DNA of 25,725 bases from a virus (Duplodnaviria > Caudoviricetes): positions 1 to 25,725 of IMG/VR virus record IMGVR_UViG_3300025097_000048; one strand, given 5' to 3'. Below, one piece after another: positions 16,354 through 23,264 of the stretch. Positions within the stretch are counted from its first letter, which is position 1. Every line of letters starts with the position of its first letter. The translations under genes and the position numbers were made by a program. The notes under the pieces were generated by a model. The model had not been told where the DNA came from. It was given only the letters and a program-made list of their open reading frames with translations, and ran no database searches.

Positions 16354-16599
16354 ATATGGCTTTAGTATAATTAACCCCCCAACACCCTAACACGCAGCTT
16401 ATTAGCTTGGACTCTACTCTTCTACTCTCTCCCCTATGCAATGTTACCCACCACTCCTACGGTGTTAATATCTTGTAGGAGTAAGACTAATCAAGCTATA
16501 AGGTGATCTATTTATAGGCGATCACACCCAGGTTGTCATTATTAGTCGCTAATTATTTTAAGTTGCTCCGACTCACCATGACAGGCTAGTTGCACAACA

Positions 16600-16690
16600 T
16601 AAGAAAAAAGACCTCATAACTGGAGCCAAAGGCCCACTACAGCCCGTATTCCAGTTACAAGATCTTTTCAATCATAGTGGTTTTTGGCTT
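16600..16690 (-). promoter_or_regulatory. Attenuator-like leader (19-bp stem with U tract, competing 5' segment, 6-codon uORF)
   Basis: AAAAGATCTTGTAACTGGA pairs with TCCAGTTATGAGGTCTTTT. AGCCAAA..CCACTAT pairs with loop GTAGTGG...TTTGGCT. uORF MIEKIL at 16655-16675. Confidence 0.55.
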
Positions 16691-16698
16691 CTATTACA

Positions 16699-16727
16699 AG
16701 TATATAACACAAAAAGACCCATGTCAA
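16699..16727 (-). promoter_or_regulatory. Strong sigma70-type early promoter
   Basis: TTGACA (16722-16727)-17 nt-TATACT (16699-16704). Confidence 0.8.
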
Positions 16728-16740
16728 TTGAGCCTTTTTG
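16710..16740 (-). terminator. Probable terminator of the virion operon, overlapping the early promoter
   Basis: CAAAAAGGCTCA-ATTGACA-TGGGTCTTTTTG; the stem needs G-U pairs that work only on the minus strand. Confidence 0.5.
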
Positions 16741-16791
16741 TTAGATATATGTTGTAAATTAACACAACCTCTCTTTGGATGGTTAATTGCC

Positions 16792-16800
16792 TGTGGATAA
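16792..16800 (-). promoter_or_regulatory. DnaA box
   Basis: Perfect TTATCCACA about 65 nt upstream of the -35 element. Confidence 0.55.
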
Positions 16801-16801
16801 A

Positions 16802-16903
16802 CTATTTTAAGAATAAAGCTAGCACAACTATAAACAACCAAGCGGCAAGCATGAAAATGGTGAATCCAAATGTACTTGGTACTTTATTGTATTTAGCATT
16901 CAT
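16802..16903 (-). CDS. Small single-TM protein (33 aa)
   Basis: MNAKYNKVPSTFGFTIFMLAAWLFIVVLALFLK, translated by hand; TAA-T-ATG junction with the upstream gene. Confidence 0.55.
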   Translation of the reverse strand: MNAKYNKVPSTFGFTIFMLAAWLFIVVLALFLK

Positions 16904-16904
16904 A

Positions 16905-19900
16905 TTATTCTTTAGCTCTTAATATAGCAATTATAGCTTTCTTTTGGCTTATTTTACCTTTCTTAAACATGTCTACCAGTTTTGCTTCAATCGGAATCAT
17001 TCCTTCTTGTCTAATTTTTTTCTTCCAGTCCTCTGGTATCTTTTTGAAATCCCCTTTTAAGAGATCCTTGATAAGAGCATCCCAGTTGATTTTACTCTTT
17101 ACTGCCCTTAAATTAGGTATTTCTTTAGTTCCACCAAGTCCAACTGGTATAAGGTGGTCTACTTCTTCTCCTGTCATTGCTGCTGTTCCCTCTCTGATCT
17201 TGAACTTTTCTTCTGGTGTAATCTTGCGTGCTTCCTTTTTAGATTCTTCAGTTATTTCCTTTGTAAACAACCCTAGCTTTTCAGCAGTATCATATAATTG
17301 ATTGTCATCTATTTTCTTTCTAGCATCTTTCCACACTTTTGTCAATATTTCTTTTTCTAGCTTGTCATCTATTATGCCCTGCTTTTTCCATAATTGAATT
17401 AGAAGAAATCCTTGGGTTGAATTTGATCTAATTTTTTGATATACGGTTTGAACAATTTCACGATCTAATTCTTTTCTTATTCTATTAGCAGCAACAGCCT
17501 CGTATGCCTCAATTGGATCTTCACCCTTTCTGGTTCTGGAAAAATATTCTAGTGTCTGCTTTTCAGATAATGGTTGTCTTTGTTTGTCAAAATATTCTTT
17601 AGCTTCTTCTGTAGAATACTTACCAAACAAAACTACTTGTACGGCATCACTTGGCAATACTGGAAATTTAAGTTTGCCCTTTTTATTAAATACTCCCTTT
17701 TGGTTAATTCCCTCTACACCCTCTATAATTCTTTTTAATTGCCCACCACCATAAGGAAGAACAAAATCATAAATACCGTTTTCCTTCTTATAAAACACAC
17801 CCTCAACAGCATTGATAACAGGAATGCCACCTGGATATATACCAACCTCACTTCTACCAAAATACTTTTTCTTTAACTCTTGTGGAAAGAAATTGGCAAC
17901 AAACTGACCACCGGGAACAGAAGATAACCCCTCACCTATCATACGACCAGCAGCCTCTTTCCAATCTTCAGCATCAGAAGCATCTTGAATAGCCCGTATT
18001 GGATCTGGCAACGGCGTCCTACCAAGCAATGCTTCATAAAAAGTATTAAACAAATATAAAGAAATGCTTGTTTCAACAGCAGCCTTCATGGCCTTGTGCG
18101 GTTTTTTAAATATCTGATCAAACACTCGGGTTTTCCACAATTGAGCATGAGCATTTACTTCTAATTGAAACTGTAATGGTAGGCTCAATAAACCACTTTC
18201 AAATGCTAAAGCCTTTTCTCCTATAGCCCTACCACCAACAACACTAGCGGCTATTTCATCTGCTACCGTCAACAACTTCTTGCCCCTAAATCCTTCTCTG
18301 TATGCAGTATCAAAAGACGCACGCCAAATCCCCTTAGTTACATTTTTTTCTATAACATTAAATGGGATAGATAAATATTTAGCACCCTTCGCAGTTTTTG
18401 TTGGCATTACGGATTCTCCAGGCATTAAGTTCTTTTTCCCGTATCTTCGGATAAGAAAGTCAGATTTTAATAATGGATCATTTTTCATTAACGGCGCTCC
18501 CACCTGCATCAACAAACCACGAGCTGTCTTTATGGTCCCATTTCTTAACACAGAACTTGGTATCGCTGCTGGTTGCATTAGTGCAGCAGACACACTTCCT
18601 ACAATTCTATTAGCGGCAAATCTTTGAGACGCTTTGCGTATTAACTCTATTGGTTTTCTACCTAAAAGTTTATCCATCAACAATCTATCAAATGGATTTG
18701 TTTTTCCAGCCAAACTATTAGCGGCATCTCTCAATGAATGAATAAAGGTATTCAAGTTTTTAGTATCCATTGTGTTATATGCCAAAATATCAGCTATTGC
18801 ATTGTGCCTAATTATTTCTGGAGTAATATATTTATTATTTAAAGTTGGAGCCAAGTATGCTTCAAAAGCCCTAACTGCATTTTCTTCAAATTTACCCCCT
18901 TTTCTTGCTTGAGCAAACGGATTAAATTTAGAATTTGGTTTAGTAAACATTGAAATACCCTCTAGTGCTGGGTTAATTTCTATGCCTTTTTTTAATGCCC
19001 CACTCCACAATGACCCCACTTCCTGAAAATGAGTATAATAATCTTTTCGTTTAGGAATCTCCTTTTGTCCAAACTTTCTCAAAACTGTATTAGTACTATC
19101 TAACAGTTCATCATACTTTGCTCTAAACCATTGATCCGCTTCTACAATATTTTTCCATTTCTTTGGAGATACCTTTTGCAGCGCCTCTAATGTCATTCTT
19201 TTTTCACCAAAGCGCATAATAAGCGCCTGATCTTTTTTGGACTTTAGTTTTAGCTTATCAAAAATAACCTCTCGCATTTCTGTCTTCAGTGTAAGTTCTT
19301 CATCTATCATACCCGTAACCGCCTTTGCTCGCGGTCTTGTTAGTATATCCTTTACTTTATCTGCGTCTTTGCCAGCACTAACCTCAATCCTGTTCTCCAT
19401 TGTTTTTAAAGAATTAAGCAAACGATTGTTTCTCTTTTTCCAATTTGTTACATCACCAAGAATTTCACCAATCTCTCTTTTTGTAGTCCAGGGTTTAATA
19501 CCAAATTCTTCAAGAGAAATTACTTGGGGTCTAGATAAAAACTCATCACCCTTTTTCAGTGCATCCAAATCATCCAATACAGCATCTAATTGTTTTTGTG
19601 TTGCGTTCTTCCATTCTCTAATTTCGTTTTTCTCTCTTAAAAGTTTTAGTGCATTACCAGATAATTCTTTCTGTTCTTGCATTTTGGTGATTTTCTTTTT
19701 TATAAGTCCTCTCTCTTTGTATATTCCTCTTTTTATGCCCCTTTCTATATCAAGTTTGATGCTATCAAGAAGGTCCTTTTTTTCTTTCTTTGCAGCCTCT
19801 GCCAACTTAAATTCCGCAACAGCTCGTCCTTTCGTTGTTGTTGGCCTAATAACAGAAGGTAGCCTTAGATTCTTTTTTAATAATGGTTCACCTCCCTCTT

Positions 19901-20582
19901 TCAATAATCTTATTGTCTTTTTTTCACCAAACTCCTTAACAGCTTGTTCAAATACTTCTTTTGTAACTTTCTTCTTAACACCACCACCCACAGTAACATC
20001 TAAATATGTCATTAAACCAACTCCAGTAATACCCAAAATTTTACTAGACAGCTCCTCTCTAATAGCACCTAACTGTTTACTAATCTCCGCTGTTTCTTCC
20101 ACCCGCTGTTCAAAGCCCTTGACTTCCTCTTCACCAAAAAATTCCCCAATTTTGCCTGTTTTTTGTGGTAAACCTGGTCCACCAGTCTTTTTACTTAGAG
20201 TAATACCAGCGGATTGAGCAGTTCTAAAGATATCATAAAAAACTCTTCCAACTATCTTAACAGCAGTAACAAGGTTCTGTGGTGTTTTTTTAATGTTTCT
20301 TCCATAATTAGATAGAGAGAATCTTGGTGAATATACGGTTTCCGTTTTTCCAGTGATCTTGTTTTTTACTGTCTTCTTTTTAAAATCTTCTGGATGTTCC
20401 TCGGCATAGCTTTTAGTTGCTTCTTTAATTCCAACTCCAAGATTTTTTGAAACATCAATAATGTCAGCAGAAACTCTACCAAATTTTGTTCGGCTAATTT
20501 TATTTAATTCAGCTTTAACCTCTTCACCCCTTGCTTCCCTTTTCTTCTTAAAAGCCTTACTTAATATACCTAATAAGCTCAT
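16905..20582 (-). CDS. Large internal virion/ejection protein with a C-terminal HNH-like motif
   Basis: 1225 aa, basic and helical, last large gene of the virion module; EVDHLIPVGLGG...NLR near the C-terminus. Confidence 0.65.
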   Translation of the reverse strand: MSLLGILSKAFKKKREARGEEVKAELNKISRTKFGRVSADIIDVSKNLGVGIKEATKSYAEEHPEDFKKKTVKNKITGKTETVYSPRFSLSNYGRNIKKTPQNLVTAVKIVGRVFYDIFRTAQSAGITLSKKTGGPGLPQKTGKIGEFFGEEEVKGFEQRVEETAEISKQLGAIREELSSKILGITGVGLMTYLDVTVGGGVKKKVTKEVFEQAVKEFGEKKTIRLLKEGGEPLLKKNLRLPSVIRPTTTKGRAVAEFKLAEAAKKEKKDLLDSIKLDIERGIKRGIYKERGLIKKKITKMQEQKELSGNALKLLREKNEIREWKNATQKQLDAVLDDLDALKKGDEFLSRPQVISLEEFGIKPWTTKREIGEILGDVTNWKKRNNRLLNSLKTMENRIEVSAGKDADKVKDILTRPRAKAVTGMIDEELTLKTEMREVIFDKLKLKSKKDQALIMRFGEKRMTLEALQKVSPKKWKNIVEADQWFRAKYDELLDSTNTVLRKFGQKEIPKRKDYYTHFQEVGSLWSGALKKGIEINPALEGISMFTKPNSKFNPFAQARKGGKFEENAVRAFEAYLAPTLNNKYITPEIIRHNAIADILAYNTMDTKNLNTFIHSLRDAANSLAGKTNPFDRLLMDKLLGRKPIELIRKASQRFAANRIVGSVSAALMQPAAIPSSVLRNGTIKTARGLLMQVGAPLMKNDPLLKSDFLIRRYGKKNLMPGESVMPTKTAKGAKYLSIPFNVIEKNVTKGIWRASFDTAYREGFRGKKLLTVADEIAASVVGGRAIGEKALAFESGLLSLPLQFQLEVNAHAQLWKTRVFDQIFKKPHKAMKAAVETSISLYLFNTFYEALLGRTPLPDPIRAIQDASDAEDWKEAAGRMIGEGLSSVPGGQFVANFFPQELKKKYFGRSEVGIYPGGIPVINAVEGVFYKKENGIYDFVLPYGGGQLKRIIEGVEGINQKGVFNKKGKLKFPVLPSDAVQVVLFGKYSTEEAKEYFDKQRQPLSEKQTLEYFSRTRKGEDPIEAYEAVAANRIRKELDREIVQTVYQKIRSNSTQGFLLIQLWKKQGIIDDKLEKEILTKVWKDARKKIDDNQLYDTAEKLGLFTKEITEESKKEARKITPEEKFKIREGTAAMTGEEVDHLIPVGLGGTKEIPNLRAVKSKINWDALIKDLLKGDFKKIPEDWKKKIRQEGMIPIEAKLVDMFKKGKISQKKAIIAILRAKE

Positions 20583-20611
20583 ATTGTAATATTAAATTAT
20601 TAGTCCATTCG

Positions 20612-23119
20612 TTAATCAAACAATCCCAGCACCCAGCTCTTTGCCTTTTCAAAGAAACCGGTTTTTTCTTCGCCAACAATTTCAGCAATTTCTTCATCTG
20701 TTAATTCTTCTTCTAACGCCGTTTCTTCAATCCCCTCTTCAACTTCTTCTCCTTCTTCTTCCACGGTTGCTGTTGTTGGTGCGGTTGCTTTTCCAGTAAG
20801 CATATTATAAATTTCTCTAGGAGGAATAAAGTTTCCGTTGCCATCTAACATGGTTATATCAAGATGTGTGCTCTTTTTGCCCATTGTCATGCCTGTATTG
20901 CCTTGTGAACCAATAACTTGACCAGCAGTAATAACATCACCAACCCTTAATTGTCTTCCATCAACATCTCCAATACTATCTAAATGACTAAACCAAACTT
21001 CAGAACCATCGTCTAATCTTATTTTAACTTGATTACCAAAGCCTTGATTTTGTTTTTTGGCTTGTGCGGTGGGTAATGGACCAGCGGATGGATTAGAATA
21101 ACCACCCACAACAGCGGTCACCGTACCGCCAACAGGTGTTTTTAATGGGGCGCCCTTACCACCAGCAAGAACATAATCTAAACCGTGTTCCCAAAGTGGT
21201 GAGCCAAAACCAGAAACAGCACCTGCGCCCAATCCAGTAAATGATGTTGGACCAAGAAGACTTGTAGGTGCAGCCTCTTCTTCAGCTACTTTACTATAAT
21301 AGCTTTGCATTTTCATAGCCGCCTGTTCTGGGCTATCTTCTAATGTAATACCAGCTTTAGATGCAAAGTAAGATGTTTCTTCATCTGTTAATAAACCGAT
21401 AATAAACTGTTTGTTTATTTCAATTTGCTGTGATTTTTGTTCTAATATGCTTCTCTGTGAATCAATGTATTCTTTTTCTTCTCTGTCTAATCTAATAATT
21501 TTATTTTCTTCTAATTCTAACAAATAACCATATTGATTAAGTTGATTAGCAATATAATCCTGATAAAGAGCAACGCCATTATTTATAACACGCTCAACCT
21601 CTTGCATCTTACCCTGTATAGCCTTTGATCTAGCTTCTAAACCAGTTAATAAAATCATGCCTCTTTCTTCAACTTGTCTTTGTCGTCTTGTGCCAGATGA
21701 CATAGGACCACCCATTTCTCCAACCTGAGTAATACCAAGATTCATGCTTTCTGTAATATCTGCCATTTCTAATTCTATTTGTTTTAACTCTTCCAATGAT
21801 TCATTCCATTCATATTCATCCAGTTTTTTAAAGTAATATTCTTCTAAATTGATATCAGCTGCCGTTGTAATTTTTTCTTCAAATTCAGCTCTTCTTTCTT
21901 CTGCTTCACGAAGTTCTTGTTGTACTAATCGTTGTAGTTTGTTTTCCATTTCAAATCTATCTTTTTCAAGACCGTCTAACCACTGATTAGCCAATGAACT
22001 AAAATCATTAACAATATCAGAATCACTTATTGCCGTTATTTCTGGTGCTGGGCTGGGACCAACTGTTATATCTTCGGCAGATATATCTTCTCCTGGAGCG
22101 CCAAGGCCCGCTTCTCCTCTAGCCACACCACCAGGTGCTCCACCCTTAATAACATTATATACATCTTGTACGCCTTTTCCTGTAAATTCAGCCAATTCTT
22201 GAGTGTAAGCTTCTCTACCATGATATGCCTTAAATACAGCATTAACATATTCTTTATTTGCCAACACTTCATTCTTTAGTTGTGCTGCTTGTTGTGTCAC
22301 CGTCTGTTGCAGGCCCACCTGATCTTCAGGGTCTGGTGCAGCTTGCATTGCATCTGGTGTAGATGGAGCTTCAATCTGTGTCCATCCTTCATCAAGTTTT
22401 CCTTGAGCTGCTTGTTGTGTCATTTGTAGTTCCAGTCCAGTCTTTGGATCTTTAACATAAACTAACGGTGCTGCAATTTCAGATAGTCCTTGAGCCTGTG
22501 CTGCACTTCTTGTCATCTGTAATTTATTCGGACCTTTCTGTACAAATATCAATTCATCATTACCACTAGCAGTTGTTCCAGTTGTTTGAGGACCTGTCCA
22601 TGGATTCAATGCCCCACCAGGAGCAAGAGCTGCCTGATCTATGTTTGGGACTTCCACTCTTTCATATCCAACATCACCTGGTTGTAGCGTGGTTTCTTGA
22701 ATACCTTGAGTTGGTTGAACAAAGGTTTGTCCAACAGTTTGTCCTAATATATTTTTAAACTGTTCTGATCCAACATCTACGAAAGTTAATTTGTCTGCCT
22801 CACCCAACGCCTTTACTCCTTCTCCTATTATTGACAGGTTTCTGTATGTTGGTAGGTCTGCAAAAGATCTTCCTAGAATACCTTCTGAAAATCCAGACAT
22901 TTTAGCATCAACAGCGGCGCTTCTTGACATCTTATATCCCTGGGAGGCCCATTCTTCTGGACTTGCAGATAATCTATTTAATCTTCCTCCAGTACCTAAC
23001 GAATAAACTGAACCTGCTGAATCTTTAAATACCTCTCCTATTTCAGGAATATCAAATGTATTAGATGCAGCCTTTGCATCTCCATAGGCCTGTGAATAGG
23101 TTGTTGCTTTTCTCGCCAT
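20612..23119 (-). CDS. Virion/ejection protein with coiled coil and M23-peptidase-like domain
   Basis: 835 aa; HGLDY...APLKTPVGGTV...GFGNQVKI...FSHLDS...VGDVITAGQVIGSQGNTG...HLD. Confidence 0.75.
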   Translation of the reverse strand: MARKATTYSQAYGDAKAASNTFDIPEIGEVFKDSAGSVYSLGTGGRLNRLSASPEEWASQGYKMSRSAAVDAKMSGFSEGILGRSFADLPTYRNLSIIGEGVKALGEADKLTFVDVGSEQFKNILGQTVGQTFVQPTQGIQETTLQPGDVGYERVEVPNIDQAALAPGGALNPWTGPQTTGTTASGNDELIFVQKGPNKLQMTRSAAQAQGLSEIAAPLVYVKDPKTGLELQMTQQAAQGKLDEGWTQIEAPSTPDAMQAAPDPEDQVGLQQTVTQQAAQLKNEVLANKEYVNAVFKAYHGREAYTQELAEFTGKGVQDVYNVIKGGAPGGVARGEAGLGAPGEDISAEDITVGPSPAPEITAISDSDIVNDFSSLANQWLDGLEKDRFEMENKLQRLVQQELREAEERRAEFEEKITTAADINLEEYYFKKLDEYEWNESLEELKQIELEMADITESMNLGITQVGEMGGPMSSGTRRQRQVEERGMILLTGLEARSKAIQGKMQEVERVINNGVALYQDYIANQLNQYGYLLELEENKIIRLDREEKEYIDSQRSILEQKSQQIEINKQFIIGLLTDEETSYFASKAGITLEDSPEQAAMKMQSYYSKVAEEEAAPTSLLGPTSFTGLGAGAVSGFGSPLWEHGLDYVLAGGKGAPLKTPVGGTVTAVVGGYSNPSAGPLPTAQAKKQNQGFGNQVKIRLDDGSEVWFSHLDSIGDVDGRQLRVGDVITAGQVIGSQGNTGMTMGKKSTHLDITMLDGNGNFIPPREIYNMLTGKATAPTTATVEEEGEEVEEGIEETALEEELTDEEIAEIVGEEKTGFFEKAKSWVLGLFD

Positions 23120-23128
23120 ATTATTTAT

Positions 23129-23263
23129 TTATTTAAAATGTTTTTTAATTTCTTTAGGTAGTTCTATATCATCAAACTGTTTATTCTTAAATAACAACTT
23201 TAATAATTGATAAATTCCGAACATGTTTGGTTTTGCTTTTTCATCATACTGTAATTTTGCCAT
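23129..23263 (-). CDS. Small hypothetical protein (44 aa)
   Basis: MAKLQYDEKAKPNMFGIYQLLKLLFKNKQFDDIELPKEIKKHFK, translated by hand; fills the gap with a TAG-T-ATG junction. Confidence 0.6.
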   Translation of the reverse strand: MAKLQYDEKAKPNMFGIYQLLKLLFKNKQFDDIELPKEIKKHFK

Positions 23264-23264
23264 A

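Noticed and set aside
16235-16441. 68-aa ORF in the track
   Set aside because: TTG start and implausible composition; it overlaps a better RHH-like ORF (16204-16353) and a structured leader.
19237-20217. 326-aa plus-strand ORF and the other plus-strand ORFs
   Set aside because: S/F/L/I-rich antisense shadows of K/E-rich minus-strand genes, with no motifs.
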